Shown here piece by piece: positions 20,939 to 31,098 of a stretch of 64,000 bases of DNA. The stretch spans positions 1,888,001 through 1,952,000 of the forward strand of contig OZ244799.1 of the NCBI GenBank assembly GCA_965219955.1, given 5' to 3'. The DNA comes from a bacterium. Lineage in GTDB: Bacteria > UBA8248. Position 1 is the stretch's first letter. The number at the start of each line of letters is the position of its first letter. A program made the translations under genes and the position numbers. The notes beneath the pieces were generated by a model. It saw only the letters and a list, made by a program, of their open reading frames with translations. It did no database searches and was not told the origin of the DNA.

Positions 20939-21817
20939 ATGCGGTATTCACAGAACCAACTGTGCGTCTTCTTATTCGTGTTCGTGATATGCGCCATCCC
21001 GAGTGCGGCGGGAGCGAGCGCCGCCCGTGAGGCAAAGCCTTCCGGCTGGTACGTTGGCCTGGGCGCCGGGGTCAACAGGACTTCGGGCATCGAGCAGACG
21101 GGCTACAACCGCGACGACATCTGTTATCCCGACTGGGATTGCACCCATATCGACGGCGGCGCGCCCGACGGCTACCGGTGGTCCTACGACCTGGAAGCGG
21201 ATGACGGCGCCGTGTTCGAGATTTCCATCGGGCGCACCATCGGCGCGTTCCGGCTGGAACTCGCGCTGGCCCAGCGTAAAAGCGGAATCGAGCAGAAATT
21301 CACGGACATCACCTATCTGGACGGCTCGCGCATCACGCCCCGCCCGATGAGCAACTATCAAAGCGACTCCGACGCCCGTATCGACGACTTGACGACGCGC
21401 ACCCTCTCGCTGAACGCCTATTACGATTTCTCGATCGCGGGCAGCCGCTTCACGCCCTACCTGGGCGCAGGCGCGGGCGTCTCTTTTTTGAAGCTATCGG
21501 GGTTGTATTATGAGTCACGGTTTTCGTGCAGGAACCCGGCGTCTGATTGCGATATGCCCGAACAGTACAACAGCCGCCAGCACGTGGACCTCTCGGACTC
21601 CGTCTATTCCGCACACCTCCACGCCGGCTTCGACTACCGCGCAAGCGAAAAGACGCTCGTGGGCTTGAAGCTCACCTACTCCGTGGTGGGCGACATGGAA
21701 GACGTAGAAGGCGGCTACGATTTCCATCCGGTCCCCGACGTTTCCAATTTCACTACGGTCGGCAATATGAACCACTGGTCCGTGATGTTCGGTGTGAAAT
21801 ACTTCTTCGGGCGGTGA
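20939..21817 (+). CDS. Outer-membrane beta-barrel protein (OmpA-TM/opacity/P44-like) with Cys-containing loops
   Basis: Signal peptide; GWYVGLGAG, FRLELAL, LNAYYDF, FTPYLGAGAG, C-terminal GVKYFF. Confidence 0.85.
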   Translation: MRYSQNQLCVFLFVFVICAIPSAAGASAAREAKPSGWYVGLGAGVNRTSGIEQTGYNRDDICYPDWDCTHIDGGAPDGYRWSYDLEADDGAVFEISIGRTIGAFRLELALAQRKSGIEQKFTDITYLDGSRITPRPMSNYQSDSDARIDDLTTRTLSLNAYYDFSIAGSRFTPYLGAGAGVSFLKLSGLYYESRFSCRNPASDCDMPEQYNSRQHVDLSDSVYSAHLHAGFDYRASEKTLVGLKLTYSVVGDMEDVEGGYDFHPVPDVSNFTTVGNMNHWSVMFGVKYFFGR

Positions 21818-22028
21818 CGCTTCGACTCAATATAACTACCCACTTGCCATTACTGATGAAATGTCGAGCTCAACATTTCATCAGTTCGACGACGACGATG
21901 GTGTATACTGGGGTCCAACGGATTTCACGCGGCCGGCCCCGGCGCTTCTCCTCCCTGGACGGCCAGGGAAGAGTACCGAACGGTCTGTTTCGGTCAACAG
22001 TATATATTCCACAAAGGAAACCATGCAT

Positions 22029-23057
22029 ATGAAACCCCTGAAACTGATGGCCCTGTTCATTGTTTTGCTGGCGGCTGGCTGTTTCGGCGGCGGCAGTTCT
22101 TCTGTACCTCCCCCTCCCCTGCCGACGCCCACGCTCACGCCCGAACCCCAGCCGTTCCGTACGCGGACGACCTTCGTCGACGGCATCCTGAGCGTCGACG
22201 TGCGCTACCACGACGGCCGTACGCACACCCTCGATACCGTCCGGGACCGGGACGCCTCATGGGGGCGTTACCTTCCCCGACCCTTGCAACCCGGTCATTC
22301 CAGCCGCGAATGGCTTCTGGCGGAGAACCACTACGACGGCAGGATTCTGCTCTACACCGTCGTCTCCTGGAACGCCGAGGACCCTTCCGACTACCTCGCG
22401 GCCGGTTGGTGGCTCGTCTATCCCCCCGGCGCGCCCATTCGTGCTTTCGAATCCGCCACGCGCGGCGTCTTCATCGACGGCCCCGAGCTCGACCCCGCCA
22501 ACCCGCCCGAGCTTCCGCTCTCCGGCACAGCCACCTACTTGGGCGGGGCGGGCGGCCTGTACACCTACAACTACGGACGCGACTGGGGTGATTTGGCAGG
22601 GACGTCGGAGTACACCGAATTCGCAGGGACCATGGAGTTGACCGCGGACTTCGCCGGCAGGCGCATCACCGGCTGCATGGGGTGCGCCGGAGCGACCGAA
22701 ACCGCGCCCGGCCGCCACCTCTATCCGGCCGTGCCCTGGCAGGGCCCGGATCCCGCGGCGTTGCCGGCCGACTACGACCTGCGTTTTTCGGCGTCGTTCG
22801 ACGAGAAGGGCGCATTCGAGGATACCGGGATCACCGTCAACCATCCCGACCGCGAAATCACGCAAGCCGCCGGGACGTGGCGCGGCCAGTTCTCGAATGT
22901 GCCCGACGCCGGCGGCCACCCCCGCCGCGTGGTCGGCTCGAGCGACGTGCACTTTGCCGAGGCGGACGGCTCGAGCGGACGCTTTACGGGTATCTTCGAT
23001 GCGCTTACGCCCGCTACGCTCAAACCTGATGACGGCAATTCGCCCAACGCGAACTGA
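22029..23057 (+). CDS. Lipoprotein with TbpB/fHbp-like barrel
   Basis: Lipobox AAGC and a Pro-rich tether. LPLSGTATYLG...MELTADF...GTWRGQFS. Confidence 0.7.
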   Translation: MKPLKLMALFIVLLAAGCFGGGSSSVPPPPLPTPTLTPEPQPFRTRTTFVDGILSVDVRYHDGRTHTLDTVRDRDASWGRYLPRPLQPGHSSREWLLAENHYDGRILLYTVVSWNAEDPSDYLAAGWWLVYPPGAPIRAFESATRGVFIDGPELDPANPPELPLSGTATYLGGAGGLYTYNYGRDWGDLAGTSEYTEFAGTMELTADFAGRRITGCMGCAGATETAPGRHLYPAVPWQGPDPAALPADYDLRFSASFDEKGAFEDTGITVNHPDREITQAAGTWRGQFSNVPDAGGHPRRVVGSSDVHFAEADGSSGRFTGIFDALTPATLKPDDGNSPNAN

Positions 23058-23460
23058 TTACGCCCACACTCCGTCGCCAGGAAGGCCAAGAAGCGGTCTT
23101 GGGTTGATGTGTATCAGGAATGTATCAGCCCGAAACGAATACGTCGCGATATACCGATAACTCCCTCTGGCGCCTACGCTATTGTTATTCCCGCGGCACG
23201 GGTAAACGGCAAGGTGCTCCGGGTCGTGCGCAGGGTGTGAGGAATACCGCCGGGAGACTCTGTATTCACCATTGCCCTCTCTTCACCGGATGCGTATATT
23301 CATTGCGCCCGCCCGAATGAACGAGTTGAACCCGAGTGAATCTTTTTATGCTTTTTCCCTGCTCCTCCCGTGAAAATCACTTTCAGCACCCGGGCGCCGG
23401 GAACGATGGGCCGCATCAGGCAGCCCGGTTCTCCTCTGCAATACCACAGGTAATCTTCTG

Positions 23461-25362
23461 GTGAGCGGGCCGATGAGCGCCGCGCGAGGGGTGCTGGCCG
23501 GGACGTTCGGCTTCAGTGAGTTCCGGCCGGGCCAGGAGGACGTGATCGAAACGCTGCTCTCGGGGCGCAACGCGCTCGCCGTGATGCCGACGGGTTCGGG
23601 CAAGTCGCTGTGCTTCCAGATACCGGCGCTCCTCACGGGCGGGCTGACGGTCGTCGTATCACCGCTGGTGGCGCTGATGCAGGATCAGGTGGCGGCGCTC
23701 AGGCTCGCGGGCGTCGAGGCGGAGTGCATCAATTCCGGCAACGGCCGGGCGGAGAACGTGGCCGCCTGGAAGCGCGCGGCCGAGGGCCGCACCCGTCTTC
23801 TCTACATGGCGCCCGAGCGGCTGATGACCGAGCGCATGCTCGCGGCGCTCGAGCGCTTGCCCGTGAAACTGTTCGCCGTCGACGAGGCCCACTGCATCTC
23901 GCAGTGGGGGCCGGCCTTCCGGCCGGAATACGCCGACCTCTGCCGGTTGCGGCAAATCTTTCCGGGGATACCGCTCGCAGCGCTGACTGCGACCGCCGAT
24001 GCGGTGACCCGTGAAGACATCGTCGAGCGGCTGTTCGGCGGCCGCGTCCGGCAGTTCGTGCTCGGCTTCGACCGACCCAACATCTCTCTCGCCGTGGAGA
24101 TGAAACAGAACTGGAAGCGCCAACTTATAAGTTTCATCGCACACCGTGAGGGCCGGAGCGGCATCGTCTACTGCCTCTCGCGCAAGAAGACGGAAGAGGC
24201 TGCCGCCATGCTCGCGGCCGAGGGTGTACGCGCATTGCCCTATCACGCCGGGATGGAAGCCCGGGAGCGGGAACACCACCAGAACGTCTTCATGACGGAG
24301 CCAGGCGTCGTCATCGTGGCGACCATCGCATTCGGGATGGGAGTCGACAAGGCGGACGTGCGTTACGTCTTCCATACCGACCTTCCGGGCAGCATGGAGG
24401 CCTATTACCAGGAGATCGGCCGCGCCGGAAGAGACGGCCGCCCCGCCGAGGCGCACATGCTCTACGGGCTGGGTGACATCCGGATGCGCCGTCAGTTCAT
24501 CGAGGAGGAAGACGCAGGCCCGCAGCGCAGGCGTCGGGAGCACAAGCGGCTCGACGCGCTCCTCGGCTATTGCGAGGCGCCGGCCTGCAGGCGGGTGGCG
24601 CTGCTCGATTACTTCGGAGAGAGTGTCGAGCCTTGCGGCAACTGCGACGTCTGTCTCTCGCCGCCCGATCTCATCGAGGGCACGGATGAGGCGCTCAAGA
24701 TACTCTCGGCGGCCAGCCGCTCTGGGGAGCGATTCGGCGCGGCGCATCTGATCGAGATTCTTCGCGGAAGGGAATCGGAGAAGATCGCGCGTTTCGGGCA
24801 TGATTCGCTGCCCGCCTTTGGAACCGGTGCGGATCGCAGCGCGAACGAGTGGCGCTCCCTGATCCGCCAGATGATCGCGGCCGGGTTCCTGTGGCTGGAC
24901 ATCGGGGGCTATGGCGGGATCGGGATCACGGAGAAGGGCCGCATGCTGGAACGCGGCGAGGGCGAATTCATCTACCGGATGGATACGGTGGCCGCGCCGC
25001 AGGCCTCAAGGACGCGGGCGCGCGGCGGCGGGGAGGCGGAGCCGCATCTCAGCGAGCGCGAAACGACGCTGCTGGACGTCCTGAAAGCGCTCAGGCTCGA
25101 AATCGCCAGGGAGCGCGGCGTGCCCGCCTATATCGTGTTTCACGACCGCACGCTGATCGAAATGGCGCGACGCCGTCCGCGCACCAAGGCTCAGTTCGCG
25201 GAAATCGGCGGCGTCGGGGCGGCCAAGCTGGAAGCTTTCGCGGAACCCTTCCTGGCCGCTATCGATGAAGCCTCCTCCGGAGCGGACGAGAGCGCCGGGG
25301 TTTCCGGGGACGACATTATCGAGGAGGCGAGTGGTTTCTCCACCCTGGCTCAAGGTGAGTGA
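23461..25362 (+). CDS. recQ: DNA helicase RecQ (helicase, Zn/RQC and HRDC domains)
   Basis: MPTGSGKSLCFQ, DEAHCISQWG, QEIGRAGRDG, CGNCDVC, VPAYIVFHDRTL. Confidence 0.95.
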   Translation: MSGPMSAARGVLAGTFGFSEFRPGQEDVIETLLSGRNALAVMPTGSGKSLCFQIPALLTGGLTVVVSPLVALMQDQVAALRLAGVEAECINSGNGRAENVAAWKRAAEGRTRLLYMAPERLMTERMLAALERLPVKLFAVDEAHCISQWGPAFRPEYADLCRLRQIFPGIPLAALTATADAVTREDIVERLFGGRVRQFVLGFDRPNISLAVEMKQNWKRQLISFIAHREGRSGIVYCLSRKKTEEAAAMLAAEGVRALPYHAGMEAREREHHQNVFMTEPGVVIVATIAFGMGVDKADVRYVFHTDLPGSMEAYYQEIGRAGRDGRPAEAHMLYGLGDIRMRRQFIEEEDAGPQRRRREHKRLDALLGYCEAPACRRVALLDYFGESVEPCGNCDVCLSPPDLIEGTDEALKILSAASRSGERFGAAHLIEILRGRESEKIARFGHDSLPAFGTGADRSANEWRSLIRQMIAAGFLWLDIGGYGGIGITEKGRMLERGEGEFIYRMDTVAAPQASRTRARGGGEAEPHLSERETTLLDVLKALRLEIARERGVPAYIVFHDRTLIEMARRRPRTKAQFAEIGGVGAAKLEAFAEPFLAAIDEASSGADESAGVSGDDIIEEASGFSTLAQGE

Positions 25363-25851
25363 TATAAGACGTGCGAAGCGCCCTTTGCCGCTTTCACCGG
25401 GAACCGCCCTCACCGGGCAGGCCTCGGGTTTCTACAGGAGCAAATATGGATCCAGGGATAGCGTTTCTTGTGCTTTGCGCATACCTGCTCGGGCGAAGGC
25501 ATGGGCGAAAGAGAATCTTGCGAGGCATGCAAACGACTCGATTACGCACAAGCAATAAGCTGACATCAGGCGGCTGTGCCTTGAGGCCGGCGTGGATAAC
25601 CCAACATGGCCGGCATCAGCCGAGCGCGAGCGTCTCTGCTCATTGACATCCTCAAAAAGGGCAGATGATGACACCGCCGCGCCGCCTGCGGATGGCCAAT
25701 GCCGTGGCAGTGGGTATCGAACCCAAATAACCGGCGGTCTCAATCGCAGTCTCCCGCAGCGTGTACCCCGTACATATTCCGGGGAAGTCTTTTATGAGAA
25801 AACCTGGAACCTGAAAACCATGCCAGTAATCGAAACCATCAGAAATCTGTT

Positions 25852-26916
25852 TCAGTCCCTGCGTACACCGAAAGCGCCGATGATCGATTGCCGTTCGAAC
25901 ACTCCGCCTGCTTCTTGATGGCGGTCCCCGTAGAATCGTCCTTCGAGACTCCTGTTATCCGATATGAAGGCGCCATCGATAACCGCTACGTCTTCCCATG
26001 TCATATCTTTCAGGACTACATCCGAGCCCCGGATCCGCGTAAACGACACATCCACCTTTGAAGCAGAAAAACCATCGAGTTCGATCACCGCGCTTCCGGT
26101 CACGACCTTGCCGCTAAGCATGTCTTTCCCCACCATGCGTCCGGACCATCGCGCACCGCCGTCAAGTTGCTTCGGGTTCGTCCCGGGGAAGTGAGGCGCC
26201 CACGAAACGCCTGCCACCGTATCGTCTCCAGTCAACACATAGAAAGATGTCCTGCCCACCCACGCCCCATGGACATTTGCATTCGGGAGGACATCGAGGG
26301 CGGGCAGGTCAATCTCTCCTGCCGGTTCTTCTGATGGAACCAGGAGATCAGGGTTGATATCCGTATTACCCGCTACAAGGATGCCGGGTGCGGCATCGCC
26401 AAGGCGATGGCCGCTGCGCCAGTCCCATGGCGCGAGGTAACGGCCGGCATGCATGCCTCGCCCCTGTTTTCTCGCTTCTTTTTCCTCGGCGGCGTAGTTC
26501 GGGCTGTAGCGGGGTTCGTTCACGGCAAGGCCGGCCATTACGAGAGCGGCCCCTGCATCCTTTCCACCGGCGGAGCATGAACCCACGATGCGACCGTATC
26601 TGTCTGTTCTGGAGCCGCTGCAAGTCAACGCGCCCGTAGCGGCAAGGCGTTCGAGTTCTTCGGTTGCCGCCTGCCCGCAGGCCCATTCATCATCACCCGA
26701 GTCGCGGCATTTTTGATGTCTCTCGGGGGCATCGAATCCTGACAGCCGATAACGCTGCCCGTCGATATCGATGGTGTCGCCGTCCACCACGCGGACCCTC
26801 TGGTCGGGGACGAAGGCCGGCGGAACGTCCATGACGGCTGATTTTCCACCTCCTCCGCAAGCGGCCAGAACGAACACCAATACAGCAGCACCTAATGAAT
26901 TCCTCGTGTGATTCAA
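25852..26916 (-). CDS. Lipoprotein: thermonuclease (SNase) domain fused to a TbpB-like C-terminal barrel
   Basis: Lipobox LAAC. SNase motifs VVDGDT, RLSGFDAPE, DRYGR, PWDWR. C-terminus ARWSGRMVG...VDVSFT...EGRFYG...EAGGVF...GAFG. Confidence 0.85.
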   Translation of the reverse strand: MNHTRNSLGAAVLVFVLAACGGGGKSAVMDVPPAFVPDQRVRVVDGDTIDIDGQRYRLSGFDAPERHQKCRDSGDDEWACGQAATEELERLAATGALTCSGSRTDRYGRIVGSCSAGGKDAGAALVMAGLAVNEPRYSPNYAAEEKEARKQGRGMHAGRYLAPWDWRSGHRLGDAAPGILVAGNTDINPDLLVPSEEPAGEIDLPALDVLPNANVHGAWVGRTSFYVLTGDDTVAGVSWAPHFPGTNPKQLDGGARWSGRMVGKDMLSGKVVTGSAVIELDGFSASKVDVSFTRIRGSDVVLKDMTWEDVAVIDGAFISDNRSLEGRFYGDRHQEAGGVFERQSIIGAFGVRRD

Positions 26917-27305
26917 AATCCGGTCTGCTCCTTATTCGTAAGTGCCGACTCCTGGCAGATCCGTCAGCGCGAGACTGTATAGATATTGGAGTGCAAACGA
27001 ATCTGCAAGCACAATTCATGGTCCTTTGGCGTCTATACAGCTTTCGTGACTCCTGCCGGGGAACTGCCAATCCGGGCGTGACGGCTCGCAGGCTTTATTC
27101 CGATAACCATGCGCTCTCGAGTGAGTTCTGCCGCCGCATCGGCCTGTTCAGGCCCGGCGGCGTACTTAGGGATATGATGGCCAAGTGACATTGCCCACCG
27201 GAATGTCGTAGGGTATTTTTCTATTACGGGATGGCGTCCGCCGCCCGGGCCATGAGGACCCATCATGCCGCCTGCGTCTTGGTACGGGAAAGGGGGGTAG
27301 ATGCG

Positions 27306-28667
27306 ATGGATTGGCTGAATTCGATGATCAGTTCCGTGAACGCCTTCGCCTGGGGGCCGCCGATGCTCGGCATGCTGGGCGTGACGGGCGTGCTGCTCAC
27401 GCTGGGGATGGTCTTCATGCCCTGGCGCAAGGTGGGCTACGGCTTCCAGCTGCTCTACGACACCGACGGGGAGGTCGGCGAGGGCGAGGTCAAGCCCTTC
27501 AACGCGCTGATGACGGCGCTCTCCGCCACGGTCGGCACCGGGAACATCGCCGGCGTCGCCACCGCCATCGCCCTGGGGGGTCCGGGGGCCATCTTCTACA
27601 TGTGGCTCATCGCGCTCTTCGGCATGGCGACGAAATACGCCGAGGCCGTCTGCGCGGTCACCTACCGCGAGGTGGACGCGGCGGGCAAGTACGTGGGCGG
27701 ACCCATGTACTACTTGAGGAACGGCGTGGGCGAATTCGCGCCCGAACTCGCCAAGTGGCTGGGGCTCGCGTTCGCCGTGTTCGGCGCGGTGGCGGCCTTC
27801 GGCATCGGCAACGCCGTGCAGGTGAACTCGATGGCGACCGCACTTCAGGACAGCTTCCTGATCCCCACCTGGATCACGGGAGTCGTCGTGGCCGCGCTGG
27901 TGGGCTTCGTCGTCCTGGGCGGCATTCAGCGGATCGGCGAGGTGGCGGGCAAGCTCGTGCCCGCGATGATCGCCCTCTACGTGGGCGCCGCGCTCATCAT
28001 CATCCTCATCAACATCGCCTCGGTCCCCGCGGCCATCGGCTTGATCTTCAAGCACGCCTTCACCCCGGCGGCGGCGGCGGGCGGTTTCGCGGGCGCGGCG
28101 GTGGCGGCGGCGGTTCGCTTCGGCGTCGCGCGCGGCGTGTTCTCGAACGAATCGGGGCTGGGCTCCGCAGCCATCGCGCACGCGGCGGCGCAGACGAACA
28201 GCCCGGTGCGCCAGGGCGTCATCGCCATGCTGGGCACCTTCATCGACACCATCGTGGTCTGCACGATGACGGCGCTGGTCATCCTCACCTCGGGCGCGTG
28301 GATGCTCAAGGGTGGCGACGGCGCGGGCCTGACGGGCGTCGTGCTCACCTCGGCGGGTTTCCAGAACACCATCGCGGGCGGGAAGTACATCGTCACGGTC
28401 GCGCTGGCCGTCTTCGCCTTCACCACCATCCTGGGCTGGTCGTACTACGGCGAGCGGTGCTGGCAGTATCTCTTCAGCGAGAACAGCCTCATGGTCTACC
28501 GGGGGCTCTGGGTGCTGGCGGCGCTCGGCTTCGCGAACGTGAAGGTGGCGTTTGTCTGGAACCTGTCCGACACGCTGAACGGGCTGATGGCGGTGCCCAA
28601 CCTCATCGGCCTGCTCCTGCTCGCGCCGATGGTCTTCAAGGTCACGCGCGAGTATTTCGACGCGTAG
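27306..28667 (+). CDS. Alanine/glycine:cation symporter (AGCS family)
   Basis: ATVGTGNIAGVA, GGPGAIFYMW, GGPMYY, RGVFSNESGLGS, FIDTIVVCTMT. Confidence 0.95.
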   Translation: MDWLNSMISSVNAFAWGPPMLGMLGVTGVLLTLGMVFMPWRKVGYGFQLLYDTDGEVGEGEVKPFNALMTALSATVGTGNIAGVATAIALGGPGAIFYMWLIALFGMATKYAEAVCAVTYREVDAAGKYVGGPMYYLRNGVGEFAPELAKWLGLAFAVFGAVAAFGIGNAVQVNSMATALQDSFLIPTWITGVVVAALVGFVVLGGIQRIGEVAGKLVPAMIALYVGAALIIILINIASVPAAIGLIFKHAFTPAAAAGGFAGAAVAAAVRFGVARGVFSNESGLGSAAIAHAAAQTNSPVRQGVIAMLGTFIDTIVVCTMTALVILTSGAWMLKGGDGAGLTGVVLTSAGFQNTIAGGKYIVTVALAVFAFTTILGWSYYGERCWQYLFSENSLMVYRGLWVLAALGFANVKVAFVWNLSDTLNGLMAVPNLIGLLLLAPMVFKVTREYFDA

Positions 28668-28780
28668 CAGTTTCAGTAATCCAGGGCCGCTCTTGCGGGT
28701 GCGAAACCGTCCGTGAGAGCGGTCCGTTTTTTCAGGAAATCGGAACTGACATGCGTTCGTAACGGGGGCGTTAAAAAGAT

Positions 28781-29165
28781 ACTGTCCTGTGATTTTCTAT
28801 AAGTATGTTCAGCGACAAGAAGTGAATGTCACAAGAGATGCCGGGATGCAAGAAGCGTGAGCAGCTGAAATTTTTCGGCGACGGTTTGCTGGAGAGCTGG
28901 CTCCGAAGGGTCACGTCCTGTACCGCGTGAATCGTGCATTGGACCGGAGTTGGCGGATTGCTATTGCGCAGACAATGGTCGTCCGGGGATCGGCCCGGAA
29001 GTTGCGGTTCGCTTGATGACGGCGGGTCTGTTTCCTGGGGTCACGCACGACCGCTGCATGCTTCGCGAGACGCAGGTGAACTTGGAGATCCGGTGGTTCA
29101 TCGGGTATGGGCTGCACGAGGAGTTGCCGGAACGTTCGAGCCTGATTCGGATACGGCAGCGGTGA
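28781..29165 (+). mobile_element. IS1182-family transposase 5' remnant
   Basis: YCADNGRPGIGPEVAVRLM...QVNLEIRWFIGYGLHEELPERSSLIRIRQR, with frameshifts upstream and truncation. Confidence 0.75.
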
Positions 29166-29487
29166 GTGAATCTTGCCGAGAAAATTCAGCGCGAACGAGG
29201 AAAGCGGAAAACCCGTCTCGGAACAACTGAAATGTCTCTTGCGCAGTGGATGGATTTGATAATATATTCAAGAAATTGCAAAGAAACCATAAAGGAAACT
29301 GAAACAAAGTCTTGCAGATGGGCATTTCAGAGAGGCTTTGAACGATTTTTCCAAAAGTTTACTTGCTGCATTGTTTTCGCAGGACTCAACAGGTAAATGG
29401 ACATGCTTTCTACAAGGTGGATTCATTCTTCGTCTCACCGGAAATTCCGAGAACCGCTGAATGAACTTTCGAGGAGACCCTACGGCG

Positions 29488-30651
29488 ATGCAAATTCCAT
29501 CCGCCTATGTTGAAGGCTACGAGCAAAAGGCCCGTCTCCACGATCAGGAACTGGCGGACCTCTACATCCGACACACCACCATCGGCGATCCGGAGCTCGA
29601 CCCGATCATGGAGGAGATATCCTCCATACCGGTCTCTGACCTGCACGCGTTCGTCGAGGCCGGCATCGAAGGGCATGACCGTGTTCTTCAGGAAGCGCCG
29701 CAACCCCTGCGCGATTTCTTCTGGAATTTCAAAGAGCCGTCCTGGCTGGATCATGAAGCCTTCAGGCCGGGGGTCCGCTGTTTCAACGTCAACGTCGACC
29801 TCATGCTCGTCGCGTTCGTGACGGGGGTGCTGGTGGAGGGCTTTTCGACGCTCATCGCCAAGTCCTTCAACACGACCGGACGGGTGGCGGCGACCCCCAG
29901 GCGCCTCATGCAGAACAACCGCCAGTTGATGGAGATATTCTACCCCGGCGGCCTGCAGAGAACCGGCGACGGCTGGAAGCTCTCCACGCGCGTCCGGTTC
30001 GTGCATGCGCGCATCAGGCAACTGCTGGCGAAATCAGGCGACTGGGAGCAAGAGATCTGGGGCACGCCGCTGAGCGCGGCGAACCTGGGGTTGGCCATCG
30101 CCATCTTCTCGATGCAACTGCTCAGATACTCGAAACTCGTGGGAACGAGCTTCAGCATCGAGGAACAAGAGAGCGTTCTCGCCGTCTGGCGCTACGCGGG
30201 CTACCTCATGGGGATACCCGAAACCATCCTCTACACCGACGGGGCGGACGCGGAGAGAAAACACGACATCGCCTACATGTGCGAACCGCCGCCGGGTGAC
30301 GATTCGGTGGCCATGTCGAACGCGCTGATCAAGGCCATCGCGCCGGTCGCGGGGGTTACGGACCCGAAAGAACAAGAAGATTTGACGGATCTGGCCTACC
30401 GCCTTTCCACGGCGTTGATAGGGCAGGAACTCGCAGGCCAGTTCGGGTATCCGAAGCACTCCCGCCTGTCCACCATGCTGACGCTCTACAGTTTCCGGAC
30501 GAAACAACGCCTCATGCGCTTTCTGCATAGCAAACAAATCGTCAAATCCCAGAATTTTTCGCAGCTTCTCAAGATTTCGGTGTACGATGAGGGCGGGATC
30601 AGCTACCGGATGCCCGACCGCGTCAAAGCGTCGGAATCGAGCAAGTGGTAA
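29488..30651 (+). CDS. MpaB/Lcp-like (DUF2236) oxygenase family protein
   Basis: IGDPELD, PSWLD, RVRFVHARIR, WGTPLSAA, WRYAGYLMGIPE. Confidence 0.8.
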   Translation: MQIPSAYVEGYEQKARLHDQELADLYIRHTTIGDPELDPIMEEISSIPVSDLHAFVEAGIEGHDRVLQEAPQPLRDFFWNFKEPSWLDHEAFRPGVRCFNVNVDLMLVAFVTGVLVEGFSTLIAKSFNTTGRVAATPRRLMQNNRQLMEIFYPGGLQRTGDGWKLSTRVRFVHARIRQLLAKSGDWEQEIWGTPLSAANLGLAIAIFSMQLLRYSKLVGTSFSIEEQESVLAVWRYAGYLMGIPETILYTDGADAERKHDIAYMCEPPPGDDSVAMSNALIKAIAPVAGVTDPKEQEDLTDLAYRLSTALIGQELAGQFGYPKHSRLSTMLTLYSFRTKQRLMRFLHSKQIVKSQNFSQLLKISVYDEGGISYRMPDRVKASESSKW

Positions 30652-30723
30652 GCTGCTCCAGGGTATGGCGCACTCTGAACTGCCAATCCACGCCCGGCCC
30701 GCGATGAGGAGGCGATAGCTCCC

Positions 30724-30790
30724 GTGCAACTGGACCGCTATATCGACGCCGTTCTGCGCCGGCGGTGGCTCGTCGTAGCGCTGCACGCCT
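30724..30790 (+). pseudogene. Possible 5' scrap of an MMPL/RND-type transporter
   Basis: Strong GAGGAGG SD, then MQLDRYIDAVLRRRWLVVAL, after which the sequence no longer looks coding. Confidence 0.3.
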
Positions 30791-31098
30791 CGGAAATCGC
30801 CGGACGCCTCGTCTCGATGTCCTGGCAATCTCGTGGTCTGTCTATGACGCCTTTCCGAAGTGGCCCGGAGAGAGCCCCCAAGGCAGTTCACTCTTCATTG
30901 GGAAAGGACTCACCAAACCCCCTCCGGGCCTGTACCTCCCTCCCGGGGTGTATTGCAATGGGGAATGGCCCCTGCGATCAAGCGCGTAATTGCCAATCAC
31001 CGTGAAGCAGGGAATCCCGGGAGAAGAGGCATGTCGTTCCAAGGGGATAATATACACGACCCGGCTTTGGGACAACAGCGCTTCTCTCCAGATAGCCA

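Noticed and set aside
25446-25646. Small ORF MDPGIAFLVLCAYLLGRRHGRKR with an AGGAG SD
   Set aside because: Possible small membrane peptide, but atypical codon usage and no other support.
26950-27305. Glycine riboswitch expected upstream of the Ala/Gly symporter
   Set aside because: No GGAGA...CCGAAG...CTCTCAGG aptamer core seen.
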